A DNA stretch of 64,000 bases from Vicugna vicugna. Its lineage: Eukaryota. The position numbers were made by a program, and so were the translations under genes. The DNA is taken from the NCBI GenBank assembly GCA_013265495.1, contig MU063123.1, positions 124,001 to 188,000 of the forward strand. The letters are read 5' to 3'. The notes under the pieces are model-generated. The model made no database searches, had not been told where the DNA came from, and saw only the letters and a list, made by a program, of their open reading frames with translations. Each line of letters begins with the position of its first letter. Positions within the stretch are counted from its first letter, which is position 1. This document shows, one piece after another, positions 1 through 12,975 of this stretch.

Positions 1-1444
1 TCATTTCTAGGCTCGGGGCATCGGTCCAAGAAACTATTTTAAAGGTGTGTTGGGGGAGGGGTGGGAAAACAATGGCATAGAGTCGTAGCGTTCTGGATCA
101 GGTGTGGGGCACGGGGCCAAGGGGAGGGACGTTGTGGAGAAATAAGATGAGGTGGAGCCAAGAACAAGTGTGTGCAGGGGTTCGGGCAGAGCTCAGGGGA
201 GCTGGGAGTCCATACCTAATGGCATCTGTGTTCTCAATGACAGGTTGGCATCTGTTGAGTTGAAGGAGCCAGGGGGTGAAGGCTGAGACTGATGAAGATT
301 CAGACTCCTCTGATGAAATCAATGGGGAAAGAGGCCAACTCTGTTTATGTGGAAGAATTGCTGAGCAGTCCTGAGGGCCCGGCTGAAATTAGAATCACGC
401 ATTTACAGTGGAACCAGACAGGATGGTGATTGCCTCTAAAAATCTCAGTAGGGGAAGATCCAGGAAAAAGAAACATGAAGATGGAGGAAACATGATGGAG
501 CCAGGCCATGGAGCAAGTGGAAGGAGCAAGGGATCAGTACTGAAACACAGTAAGTAAAAAGATGGAAGCCCTTGCTGGGTTTGAGGGACGTCTTGGAGAA
601 CTAGATAGTTACTATTTTCTTTGAATAAGAGGGAGGGAGGGTTTTCAGCAAATTTTGTTTCCCTGAGAATTAATATATTGAGCATTTAATTGTGCCAGCT
701 CCAATTAAAACTGACAAGTAAGTAAATTTTCAAGGATACATTTTAGTGAACATTAGAAAATAATAGCAAGGAAGCATTCAAATGAAGCTCTTGCTCCCTT
801 TCGTGAATTCATTCCTAACGTAGACAACACTTGGAAAATAGTCTAATTCAAGAAAGTCAAATATACTTAAACTAATAAACCAACTCTGCTTGCTTGATGG
901 TGGCTGCTTGGAGCTTTGTGTTAAAAATTCTGAGGATCAACATGAAATAGTGTTGCGGTCAATGTGTGATGGCTGGTGAGGTCACTGAAGAGGTGAGTGG
1001 GGAATATACAGCACGTACCTGCCATCCATGCAGTATAGATAGAATATAAAAGTTTTGCCTTTCCTCTTACATTGTTACCAAAGTAGTATAAAATCATGTG
1101 CGAATCACTTAATTCGTTTACTTGAAATGAAATATATTGTATATCTATATAGATTGCAAAAATTTTTATTTGTTAAGCCCTCTGAGCTCTTGCATAGAAG
1201 ATGCCACATAATTACAAATTATAATAATGCCAGCAATACATTGTGTGAAATGTGTCTTATCTTTTACCCCAACTAAATTACTAACAGGAGAAATACTTGG
1301 TTTAAGTGAACTATGTCCATGGAAACATGACTCTAATATCTTATAACTGCTGGAAGCTTTAAAGACACTTGGACTTGAACAGGCTGATAAAAATAAAGAG
1401 AAATGCAGTGGTTATTTTATATTACCAAGGACAAGAAGAGAATG

Positions 1445-1620
1445 AGTGTTTGCTGAGACCTACTTTAGGTTCTTTGTGTATGTTCTCATTTGAGTAACCT
1501 GCTAAGTTGGGGTAGTGAGGGAGGCTGAGGGAGGCAGTGATTTGCTCAGGCAGAAGGCTCACAAGTGGCAAAAGTAGAGGCCAAACCCAGGTCTTGCTGG
1601 CGTCCAGTCTATCTTCCTTC
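1445..1620 (-). mobile_element. MIR SINE remnant
   Basis: Degenerate antisense MIR core (gaggctgagggagg...gatttgctcagg...aaacccaggtc); boundaries approximate. Confidence 0.5.
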
Positions 1621-2727
1621 CATCACTAGGAAAGAAGTGTTACCACCTCTGCACATGGATAACCTATTTGGACTAAAAATAAATGCTAAAATAGTATCAG
1701 TTTTGCACATAATATGAGGTAGAAATTATGATAACCACAATGCTGGAATTGTACATCCTAACAGATTGCTCCCACTTTTTTATCAGCAGAAAGAGAGGTT
1801 TTTAAAATGCATCCATCTAGGTTTGCTTTAGAAACAGATCAGTAAGGAAGGCAAAATTGTACAAGTGGATATTGTCAATGGGTACTTACTGAACATCCAT
1901 GTGTGTGAACTAGAATTGAGTGACCTTTGATAACACTCATCCAGTCCCACCTGGTCCCTCTTTTTTGTGCTATTAGAGCCTAGATAGGGGGGTACACTTT
2001 TTCCCATAACCTTTTGGCAAAAACTTGATGCCAGTCCAGGAGAGCCAGGGCCACACTGGCCAGCTGAGCATGACAGAGGTACTGACGAACTAAGAGACAA
2101 AAGTAACAAGTGAAGTGAAAATTCTCTGAAAATTCAAAGGCAATGCCAGCTTGCCATCCTGCAGAGGGGGTCCTGGGGTTCAAGTATAAATAGTTTTTCC
2201 AACTGAAAAACAAATCTAACATATTAAGTGTTTCATTGAAGTCCCCAATTATGTCTAGAGTTTAGCACTGAGTTTATTTTAAAATATATCTGGAAAAGCT
2301 GGTGTCCAAATTTTCCCATAGACTTACACATGATGAGAATCTGTCTCTTTATATTTAGCTGCAGGCCATCTAACAAGTTCTTGGGCGAAACACATTATTT
2401 TGCTGGTACAAGAAGAATAAATACTGTATTTGGAAAGTTCCAGTGTTCTTTAAAATATTGCTGTTTCCATAGCAATAACATAATGTACTAAAGAGTAGAA
2501 TAGTGTTTCTTTAGAAATCACGTGTATGGATGCATGTTTCCATGAAGGATTTTGAAGCATCTCACCTGCTTGTGGTCCAAAAATGGAACAACAATAGTTA
2601 GTGGAATCAATCATCATCCTTTGAAATGGAACTTGGCCAGTTTTTACTGCCTGGTTGTATGTCAGCCTTCTGCCTTTGGTCAAATGTGCACTTTCTTAGG
2701 CTCTATGCTCTTAGACGGTAGACAATT

Positions 2728-2850
2728 GACTTATATTCATTCATTAATTCATTCAGCCAACAAGTATGGATTAAGCACCTAAATGCCAGTTCTAGGCACT
2801 GGGAACTCAGCGACAGTGTGGAGCTTACATTCCAAAGGGGGAAACAAGGA
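2728..2850 (-). mobile_element. L2 LINE 3' end
   Basis: ttcattcattaattcattca followed by ...aagcacctaaatgccagttctaggcactggg...ggagcttacattcc, the typical antisense L2 tail. Confidence 0.55.
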
Positions 2851-2964
2851 AATTCTCTTTAAACAAGAAATGTCACATCATGTACAAAGGGACATATGAA
2901 AGTGCTCCTGGATGATGTTCGTGATGTTTTAAATACTTCACAAGAATACAACATCAAAGAATAG

Positions 2965-3340
2965 CATGTTGATAAGGTAAGGAACAGGAGGGACTAAGAG
3001 ACAAGGAGAGAGGGCCAGGAACAGTGGTAACTGATAAAGTGGTTCCCAGGTTGTCCTGCCAGGGACGCAGATGGCAGTCCCAGGCTGAGCCTCACATATT
3101 AAAGGTACCAAGGGTGTTTTAGGGGGGCGTCTAGTTAAGGTATCACAAACAAACATAAAGACTGGGGAGTGAGCTCTGTGTGAGCGGATGCTTTTGGGGA
3201 AGATGGGCTGCATCCTTACAACTGTGCGACTGTGGTCTCTAAAACTCATGCTAGGCTGGAAGACTCCCTTTGAATACCTCCCTCTTCTTCATTCTGACTT
3301 GGAGTTGGGTGCCTTTGCCTTTCTGCCATCTTCCACATTT
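2965..3340. mobile_element. Possible solo LTR (ERV, family unassigned)
   Basis: LTR-like composition and R/U5-like tail (ctccctttgaatacctccctcttcttcattctgacttgg); no TSD found. Confidence 0.3.
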
Positions 3341-5889
3341 GTCTCCTGTGCTGATTTTGTGCTGGTGAGCCCCACTTTGCTGTGTACCCCCAGCCCCAAT
3401 TCCCAGAGCTGGGAGAGTGGATGGCGGGGGCAGGAATGTCACTGGTTAACTAATGGCCATCTGGCATCTGGCAAGGGGATGCAGGTCACAAATGTCTCCA
3501 TGCAGGGTCACCACTATTCAGAGAGAGAACAGTAAAAGGAGCAGAGGGTCCCACCCCCTCCCTGAGGCCACACATCTTTGTCTCCTGCACAAGGCTCCAC
3601 TGTGCTGTCAGTAGCAAAATCTTGAAATATTTAATGTATTAAGAGACCCGTGTCTCTCTGCCGTGGGCACAGTCCTTTGAGCTGCAGCCTTGCTAGTGCT
3701 CTGTCATAGGCAAGAAGCAACCTCTTGGCTCTCCCAAACTTGAAAGGTTTGGCTTACTGTCTACATTGCTCCAAAAAGCTCTTGGTTGCAAACACTTCTC
3801 AAGCCGCCATGGGAGCAGAAAGAGCTTTGTGGGCCAGATGTGGGGTCACAGAGTCAAAGAGGCTCCCAGGGTGGCCACCCTTTCTTCAGAATCAGACAAG
3901 TTGCCCAGCTTCCCCAGATGCCTTCCTAGACCCTGCTCATAAATCAGTACACAGCAAGGTCACAAAAAGAGTGCTGAAATGTAAGCACATATTTTCAAGT
4001 GAAGCATTTCAAAGTTTTGCTTTTGCCCCCTTGCAGGGCCAGAAGTCCCAAAGGGGGTTGGGAAGGGGGTATCTAACTCTATTAGGAGGTGAATTTTTGG
4101 TTCCCAACCACCCAGTTCTTTTAACCACTGGGATTCTCCCCAGATGTTCTTTCTTACATGCAAAGGCATCATTTTCTTGCCAAGAAGTGGAATGATTGAT
4201 CAAGCCTTCTTTAAATCATTTCATCTTATCCATTCCCATCTGAAGGAGCAGGTATTGCATTAATATTAATATTCTTATTGTCTCCCTCGAGAGAGAGAAA
4301 TGCCCCTGTAACCCCCCATCCCAATTACTGCCAGCACCACGGAGATAGGAAGTTAGAGAATGAAGCCACCAATGCAGGAGCTACAGTTGTTTTATTAGCA
4401 ACAGCTGGTGGCAGTCCCCTGACCATTTTTTTTAATGCTATGCTTGTCAGGTTCAGCTTCTTGAGACTGGATGGCAAAGGGTAAAACAAGAACGTGGCAT
4501 AATTCAGCTTTTTGTATGCAAAAAAAAAATGAGGATTTATGCTAAAGAGGATGTGGGCAATATCGGGACGCTGATTAAGAAACTTTACAAAAGAATATCT
4601 TCTTTCAATATTGTGTAGGTAACAGCTGAGCAATTAGACAAACATACTGAGTAACTGAAACCACCTGTAGGATTTGAAAAAACACTCTTTCTTTCTCATT
4701 TGTCCGAGATACTTTTATAGGAATAGAAATGTGGGCTGCACATGTCTTACATTTCTCCTCGTTGTAACTTTATGTTTATGATCAAGGGTGGAGTTTGCAA
4801 CACCAGAGCTCCTTCTAACTGTGTTGGAAACCATTGAGCATCAAAAGGAAATCTGTACCATTTGCCCAGCAGAGAAATAAATCTTTCTTTACTGACTTTT
4901 GCCTTGATTTCTGTCAGAGAAGCCCAAAAGGACACTGTTTCATCTTATGTCACATTGGGAATTCAAGGTAGCATTTTCAGGTATATTACATACACATATG
5001 GAATGTATATTTAACAGAAACTTTTGGCTGGTTAAACAAGTGTCCTTTGTAATTGTAGCTATTTAATTTTGATTGTTTTCCTAATCTCATCAAAATTGAA
5101 TGATTTTCATATTTATTTCAAATAGACAATTACATATAATTTCATATATGTATATTAATGAACAAATACCATACCGTTGGAGTTATGCAACCTCTCTAAT
5201 TTTATGGAATACCAATTGTACATCATGCAACTAAGAACACATGACTTTGCATATGAAACATGTTGAACATATTATTAGAAAAAGGGCATGGTTAAGAAAT
5301 GTATTGCTTAGTCAAGTCCCTAAATAATGACTATTGGGAAGAAAATGGTTAACATAATCCCAAATGTGGATCTGTATGTGCCTACCTCTCGGGGAAAGAG
5401 ACTAAAATGATGCCAAAGGGAAAGAAATTTTGGCCACCCTTTCTATTTCTTTCATGTGTAACAAATTCAAGACATATATTTCTTCCCTACGGATCAAATA
5501 TTCTTAAAAATAAAAATTTCTAAATGTAACAGCAACACTTACAGGACTAATGCATTGTACTGCAATGGAATCTTAAAAACAGCAACAGTAATTCTACTGT
5601 GAACTGCCTGGTCTCTCCAGAGAGTGCCGTTTCATGGACTGTGCACTCCCTGCTCTTCTTTTCATGGTCAAATCAGAGGGACGTCCACTGCAAAGAACGC
5701 GGCTACTTCTGCCATCAGCAGCCGTGGTCTGCTTACGTATGGTTTTTCTGTCTCTGATAAGTTTAGTGAGTGCAGACCTGGAGATCCATTTGCTTCTTTT
5801 AACTTATGAAACACAATTTTTTAGGAGGAAGAATGCACTGCATTCTAAATGAATGTTGGAATGTTATTTTTAGACGGGCTAAAAATTGT

Positions 5890-6427
5890 TGTGGGAGGCA
5901 GGATAAAGGTCCCCAAGGATGCCCAAACCCTAATCCCTAGAACTGTGACTATGTTATTTTACACAACAAAACCCCACAAAAATCAAACAAACAAAAAAAC
6001 CCTTCACAGATGTGATTAAATCAAGTGTTTTGTGATGGGGAGGGTATCCTGGATTATTCAGGTGACCCAAAGTAATCACAGGAGTCCTTAAATGTGAAAG
6101 AGGGAGTCAGAAGGGTCAGAGGGAGATGTGACTACAGAGAAAGGGTCAGAAGATGTGGTATGAGGAGTCAACTCACTGTTGCTGGCTTTGAAAATGGAGA
6201 AAGGAAGTCATGACCCGAGGAATGCCGTGGCCTCAATAACCTGGAAAAGGCAAGGAAGTGGACTGTCCACTGAACTCTCCAGAAAGGAACAGAACCCGGT
6301 GGACACCATGATTTTAGTCCAGTGAGGCCTGGGTCAGACTTCAGCCCTCCAGAGCCATAAGGCAACAGTTGTTTTAAAGCCCTGAGTTTATGGTAACTTG
6401 TTACAGCAGCAAGAAGAAACTAATACA
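5890..6427 (+). mobile_element. MaLR solo LTR, MLT1D-like
   Basis: Starts TGTGGGAGGCAG, ends GAAACTAATACA; MLT1 hallmarks (tcctggattattcagg, ggaaaaggcaaggaa, cttgttacagcagcaa); 5-bp TSD attgt/cttgt (4/5). Confidence 0.85.
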
Positions 6428-6599
6428 CTTGTTATTCATGTTTCTTTTTGTTTCTGAGGATTCTATTTGGAATTAATGACTGACTAATGACGCCAGAATG
6501 CTGTACCAGGAAAACTCACTAAAACTCATACCCAGACAGAGAAGAAAAGGGATATGGAAGGATGAGACTGTGTCCCAAATGAGTAAGTGTAACAAAACT

Positions 6600-8960
6600 A
6601 TTTATCATTTTAATTATATTTTAATGACAGTCCCTCAGAGGAAGTTGTGATTTGAATTTCAAGAATGGTACACCTTGGGTTGGCATGACTGACATTTGGT
6701 TTTATTTAGAATTTGAAGAGAATGACAACACGCTTTCATGTTAATGATTTAGCAAGTAGTAATACAAAATCTAAATTTTAATGCCTGCATTTTTGGTTAA
6801 TATGTTTATCTCACAACAAACTAAGAAGACAAAAACAAAATCAATATCTTTAATGTTATTCAAGGGCCATCTTTTAAATCTGTGGGAGAAGCCTTGATCA
6901 AATGGTTCCTTTTTGTTTCATTCTCTTTCATCAGGGAAGTCAGAGGTAGACAAGATTCACTAGATCATAAATTAATGATCCTATGTTAATGCAGATGCCC
7001 CTGCTAATTAATAAAGGAAAGTAAAATGTGAAGCTTGAATGTATAAAATAGCTTTCAGCCTAGGAGAAAGATCAAAAATTCTTTTCCTCATATCTAGACA
7101 AAATTTGATCATGTTTTACACTAAAAGTAGATTTATAAAATCCTGACCCTAAAGCTTAGTCTCAGTGGTTCTTCTTGAACAGATTTTCTCCCAGACAGAG
7201 GAGCAGGCACAACTGGGCAACGTCAGAGCAGACGGAGGAAATTCCCACAATGCTGTGTTGCTAGACAGCATCCCCAAGTGCGTCACCGGTTGCTGGAGCC
7301 ACCTTTTGTCTTTCCCCAACCCCTTTACTGGTTACCCGGACTTCCTTCTTGTGGATTCCAGGTACCTGGTGTATTGGGAGCAATAAGCCTCAGAGAAGAT
7401 GCACCTCCTGTTTGGGAGTGTAATGCTATGAAATAGCACACTTAGGAATGGAAGCTCATAAGAATCAACATAAATAAATACAGAAGCCAAATTTCATTTA
7501 TGACCTAGCATCAGAAATTACATGCCAATGTATCTGTAATATTGTATTGATTACATGGATCATCTTTACTTGTTGTAGGAGGGGACATGACAGTGAGGAG
7601 GTGAGCCTCATGGAGGGCCATTCTGGGGGGCTAACTACCACCCAACAGATTATCTTTTTTCAAAGACATTCATTAGTTTTGGCCCTTTTGACTTCAACCT
7701 ACAGAAATACTTCCTCCAGAACTGACAAGTTTATGCAATTGCCTGCCTTCATTCTCTTCCTCCAGAGTGGTAGCACCCATGTGATGACTGTAGGGCCTTG
7801 ACTGGAAAGATTAATATTGTTATCATGAAAAAAAAAATCTGCCAAGTAACTCAAGCCCATGAATAATCTCTGTGCTCTGAAAGAAAGCCTTTCTTTCTTC
7901 TCAATGCAAACAAGCAAACAATAACAAATAACTTCTGCCTGGGTTTCAGCCAAATACTTTAAGACTTGAGATCTGGGGAGAAACTGACTTTATATGGGTA
8001 AAGGAGGAATGCCATATTCTCCACTTCCTTAACAAAGTCTCTTGAGTAGTATCTCTTCTCCATTACACATAGTTAATGGATAAGCAAGGTTCTGAAGCTG
8101 ATGAAATTGATACATTTTACACAGTAGTGGACACAATTTCAAAACTGTTGGCCAAGTTTTAGATGTGAGTGCATGCCAATGCCAAAAGCAATGAGACACA
8201 ATGGTATGTTGTGTTTCGTTATTTGCCAAAGAAGCCAAACCAAGTTGATGCCAAGCATAGCATGTGCTTCATCAGTTCAACAAGTACAGTACCAAAATTT
8301 TGCATCCAGATCAGACCTTTGTTTGGCAAAGAAACTTTTAGCAATTTGGGAGATGTCAATGGCCTCTGAGGTTCCAAAAGGGACTCACAATACAAGAGTT
8401 CTCTTGTATCGGAGTATACTTAATGGACAAAAGCCAAGAGTTAGATGCATTGAAAGATGTCAGTAACTGTCTTCAAGGGCAATGGCGTATTAGCCAAATC
8501 TTCCATGACATTCGTCAAATGGCTAAAAGAAATGATTGAAAGAACTGCTGGTGATTCTGGAATAGATGACTTTATATGTCAGGGATACAGTTTCAATATT
8601 CCTTCTCTCATCCAAACTAGAAGCCTTTTAAATATTTTCCAGGACACTTGGTTTCATAATTGTATGTGGCTTCTTTTCCTTAGAAATATTAAAAGCAGCT
8701 TTGATAGACGCATGAAAACAATGTTTTTTGTGTTTATAGAGGCACAGCCACATTTTGGTAAGGTTCCAGCCAAAAATATCTAGCTTGCCTGATGTGCTGA
8801 GAGGATGGACAGTTTAATGGGATTTGTATTTCCACTGGGAGGATCTGGGCCACATAAGAACTCTGTGGCTTTTGTATCCCATGATGGTCAGTAGTAAAAG
8901 TAGAAACAAAGATGCAGAAGACTTAATCAGTTGTTTCTTTTCCATGACATTTCCCCCAAC
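6600..8960 (-). mobile_element. Fossil hAT (Charlie/Buster-family) DNA transposon with degraded transposase
   Basis: Minus-strand translation across stops/frameshifts gives colinear motifs: BED-like GIQKPQS..QIL (8840-8881), H*TVHP..GKLDIF (8773-8819), KEKKPHTI (8658-8681), TDIFQCI*LLAFVH (8423-8464), TDEAHAMLG (8250-8276), SHCFWHWHALTSKTWP (8149-8196), VKCINFI (8100-8120), LSYLADF..NNINLSSQG (7796-7854); weaker C-terminal ALK..TT..SL..KTK near 6680-6800. Confidence 0.75.
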
Positions 8961-9245
8961 TTAACTTGGGCCTGATTAAAAAGGCAGAGATGCCAGGATA
9001 TATTTCCTTTCATTATTATCTATAGGAAACTAATCTCATTGCTGTATCATGGGGGTGATGACGATTTTTGCCTTACATGACCATGTTCCATAGCATTGTT
9101 TGCATTTATGAGAAGCAAAATGGTACCATAACAACAAGGTTGATATTAAACATGATTTTTAAAAAAAAATAAAAGCAACTATCAAAGCCATTGAAAGGCA
9201 AAACAACAGAAAAATAATATTCTCTCAAGGCTCATCCATGAATTC

Positions 9246-9597
9246 TGTTAAGGACTGAATGTGTCCCTCCAAAATTCGTTTGTTGAAACCCTGCCACAGG
9301 TGGGACCTGTGGGAGGTAATTAGGGTTAGAGATGACATCATGAGGGTGAAGCCCTCATGAATGGGATTAGTTCCCTTATAAGAGTTGTGATCATCCCCTC
9401 TCTGCTCTCCGCCTTGGGAGGACACAATGTAAAGTCACAGTCTGCAGTTGGGAAGAGAGCTCTTGCCAGAACCTGGCCATATGGGCACCCTGATCTCAGG
9501 CTTCCAGCCTCCAGAACTGTGAGAAGTAAATTTCTGTTGTTTATAAGCCACTCAGTCTACGGCACTTTGTTATAGCGACCCAAATTTGTCCAAGGCA
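9246..9597 (+). mobile_element. MaLR solo LTR, MLT1A/B-like
   Basis: TG...CA termini, perfect 5-bp TSD AATTC (9241-9245 and 9598-9602), canonical ttccagcctccagaactgtgagaa..taaatttctgttgtttataagccac. Confidence 0.9.
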
Positions 9598-9769
9598 AAT
9601 TCCCTAGGAAACCATGCCATATTTACTTGGTTTCTTGTCTTTCCCCCACTGGACTGAGTGGCTTGTGGTCAGGAACTGTGTCTTTAATCTCTTTGTCCTG
9701 ACAATAGTTATTACTTATAACAACCATGCAGAACAGAAGTTACTGGGCTTTCCATACCATCGACCTCAG

Positions 9770-9840
9770 AACAGTGAACTGTGGTGCTGGTTGCATAATG
9801 AGCGTTCACTAAAAAACCTACAGAAGAAATGAATGAATGC
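9770..9840 (+). mobile_element. L2 3' tail
   Basis: gtgctggttgcataatgagcgttcactaaa...aaatgaatgaatg. Confidence 0.4.
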
Positions 9841-9984
9841 ATACCTGAGAAAAATAACTTGTCAGTGTATCTCTACCACTAGCTGGGGAAAGGAGTCCCT
9901 TGATAGAGATATTCCAATCTAGGTGGCAGGTCAGCTTTTCTTTTGTCCGTGAGCATGCCAGGCTATCACAATCTCAAGAGTAAT

Positions 9985-10290
9985 GAACTTGAGATCAGAG
10001 GACCTGGGTTCAATTTATATCTCTACTACTTGTTTGCTGGGGAACAGGTTTCTACTGGCTATTTTACGCCTTCATATTGTAAATATTTGTTGCTTATCTA
10101 TTTACGCTCAATGGAGATGCTAGGAATATCAATGAACCACTCTGAGCCTTGATTAACTAACCTATAACACGAGAACATTAATTATACAAGATTGCTATGA
10201 GGGTTAAATAAGGTTGAGTGAGATAACATGTGAAAGTACCTAGAATCTGTCACAGTGCTTGACATACAGTAGGTGTTTAATAAAATTTAA
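9985..10290 (+). mobile_element. MIR SINE remnant
   Basis: gacctgggttcaat head and gattgctatgagggttaaat...gagataacatgtgaaagtacctag...cagtaggtgtttaataaa tail. Confidence 0.55.
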
Positions 10291-10784
10291 ACCCATGTTC
10301 AGCCGATCATCCAGCTCCCTTTGCTCTGACCATATTCACCAAACAACCGTCTCAGGCTAATTTAATTTCTCAAGAAAACTTCTGGACTAGAAGTAAAAAG
10401 TACTGGTGACATGATGTGAATGTTCTCATCTTAAGTGCAAATTTGCTTCCAGATTCTTGCTTAAAAATCAAGTTTTGAGTGTTTGTGTGTGTTGATTATT
10501 GTGAGTCATTTTCCAGAGGCTATCACTCCTGGGTGAACTAATATAAAATAACCAGCTTCCTAGACTTACAAATCTGAGGACCAGACCTGGACTTGCAATG
10601 ACCACATTAAGGGCAGATACCTTTGGAATCTCAGACTCGGGCAGAGGACTTGTATGTTTCCCCATCCTCTCCTCTCCAGCCCCAAACACTGGAAAAATCC
10701 ATTAGCTTTTGCCTTTAGCGATTGAGCCCACAAAGGAGGTGGAACAAGATCTTGGGATGGGATCAGCCGGCACAAAGGACTCGG

Positions 10785-10910
10785 GTTCGCTCATTCATTC
10801 GGCTAAAATTCTCTGAGCATTCATTGTGTGCCAGCCTCTGTGTCAGGTCTTAGTGATGACAGAAGGAAAAAACAGGGTCCCTGCCCTTGAGAGTTCAGGA
10901 TCTGGGATGA
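10785..10910 (-). mobile_element. L2 3' end
   Basis: tcattcattcgg...tgagcattcattgtgtgccag...ggtccctgcccttgagagttcaggatctgg. Confidence 0.5.
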
Positions 10911-11439
10911 GCTTGTGTATCGGTTTGGAGAGTGTGTCAGGTGTCTGCCTAGTTCACAGCTTTGCGTGAACCTGCCAAACAAAAACTGGCTCCAAGTGAG
11001 AGATTACGTGTATCTCTAAGTGTTACTAGACATATATACATATATACTTGCACATCAGGGGAGGGCTTGAACTTTAGAAAAACTGCATCACAAGAGCAAG
11101 CTGACTTCCTATACTGCAGTCACTGAGAGGTAGGTTTAGACTCTGACACGTTGGAAGCTTCACCTAGTTGCCTCATCTATAAAATTGTGTTACTGAATAT
11201 TTTGTTTGTAAAGAGTGCATATTTAATTCATTCATTCACTCCCTTACTTAACAACCATTTATTGAGAGCCTGCCGTGTGCTAGGAATTGTTCTGGTCTCA
11301 AGACTGAGTTTGGCTCCGCAGATTCAAATCCTTCCCATCAGTCTAATTCCAGCTTCAATCTTACTCTCTCCAAATTATCAGCCAGATCCTGGTGTCTAAT
11401 CCCTCTGAATGCCTGTACTTTCACCTTTACCTTATCTTT

Positions 11440-11720
11440 GGGTAATTATTTAAAATTTAATTGAAATTTAACATATGTGCAAAAAGTATACATAAGTTGA
11501 CATGATTACAACTGAATATACTCATATAATCATCACCCAGATTGGAAAAACCCAGAAAGCGACCAGCACAGTAGTCCCTTAACCACAGTCCCCCAAACAA
11601 GGGTGATTACTATCCTGACTTGTAACAGCACAGAGGAGTTTTGACTGTTTTGTACTTTTTATTAATGGAATCATCTTTAGGCATTTATAACCTACTGCCT
11701 GGGTTGCTTTAATTTCTAGA
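11440..11720 (-). mobile_element. Old L1 (L1M) 3'UTR fragment
   Basis: taattattttaaaatttaattgaaat...aatatactcatataatcatcacccagat...ttttgactgttttgtactttttattaatggaatcat. Confidence 0.55.
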
Positions 11721-12819
11721 TTTTGTGGGTTTTTTAATGATGAGAATGCAAATTTCTTTATGTAACTTTGGTAGAAAAAAATCAGAATCTGGAACACGTA
11801 TTGGATGGAAAGCATTAAACTGAGTGCTGTTCAGCCTCGTCCCTTCACCCAAGCTCCTGGAGATGCAGACTTAAGAACTTGTCTGAGAATGGGATCTAGC
11901 TTTTTATTCCAGTCATCATTGCAGGATACTACTGTGAGTGCACATGTATGTAAAATTATTCCAGGTCAATTTATCACTGCCTAATTAAAGCAGCATTTCT
12001 GAAAATGTGCATGAGAATAAAAAATAAGGTGTTTTTTTCCATCCTAATAGTATTAATGGAGAGTTCTCCAGACTGGAGACCTTACTGCTGACCTTTTGGG
12101 TTTATCTTAAACGCTGTTCTTAGCCTCGTAGCTTCCTTCTTGTGACTTTATTGATTGACAAGAGAAGAGTGTCACGGGGTCCCATTAGTGATGGTGTGAC
12201 AGGTGATTTATCTTCCTCTCCAACCTAGGAAACACCAAGCTGCCATAATGCTAGTGAAAGATCCTTTTACTCCTGGCCTATTCTCATGTTCCTTTTTGTT
12301 TTCTTTTGTTATTTGTTTGACAGATTATCAGCATTAACTCTTGCTAAAAGCCAGGCAGGTCCTTTGTCAAGAACCAACATGCAACCCTCCTGAGAATATT
12401 TTTCTATGTAGCTTACTTTCATTTTCAGCCTTGGTACCAGCCTTCCCAATCCCCAGTATTCTGGTGGGTATTGACCTCTACTCTGCCCTCAGGACCGTAG
12501 CAAATGAGTTGTTCTCAGACATAAGGAAGGAAGCCCTTGAAATGTCGCTTCCCTATGGAGCCATTCTGGGAAACACTGACCTAGCAAATGGCCCCAGCGT
12601 ATTCCCTGAGGATGCCCATCTCCAAATCGCCACAAACAAATTCTGTAAAGTCACAGAAGTTCAAGATGCTTAAAGGGCCTCAAGGGAGTAGGAAGACAGT
12701 GGTTGAATGATCAGGGACAAGCCAGCAGACAGAAGCCTGCAGTTCAGGGAGCAAGCTCCAGGTGGTGGAGCTTGAAATATCCAAGGTTTTCTGCTCACTG
12801 CTTCTGTTGATAGTTTTAT

Positions 12820-12975
12820 TGTTGCCAACTCAATGTTGGACAGTGTACAAACCGGGGACAGACATCCCACATTCTAGATCATTAGTCCATCTTCTGACTC
12901 CCCATCACGACATCCGCATTAACCCTTTTAGAACTCTATCTCTTATAGGCAAGACTGAGACAATCACTTCAAGAT
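12820..12975 (-). mobile_element. MIR remnant
   Basis: Degenerate antisense MIR (tgttggacagtgtac...cttataggcaagactgagac). Confidence 0.4.

Noticed and set aside
270-375. Acidic peptide VKAETDEDSDSSDEINGERG on the plus strand
   Set aside because: No convincing splice sites or start, and no recognisable homologue; purine-rich sequence yields D/E runs by chance
3725-4195. 156-aa plus-strand ORF
   Set aside because: Non-ATG start, no domain resemblance, overlapping minus-strand ORFs; chance length
8390-8409. 9-bp inverted repeat ATACAAGAG-tt-CTCTTGTAT
   Set aside because: About one such palindrome is expected per 64 kb; it lies within the hAT fossil
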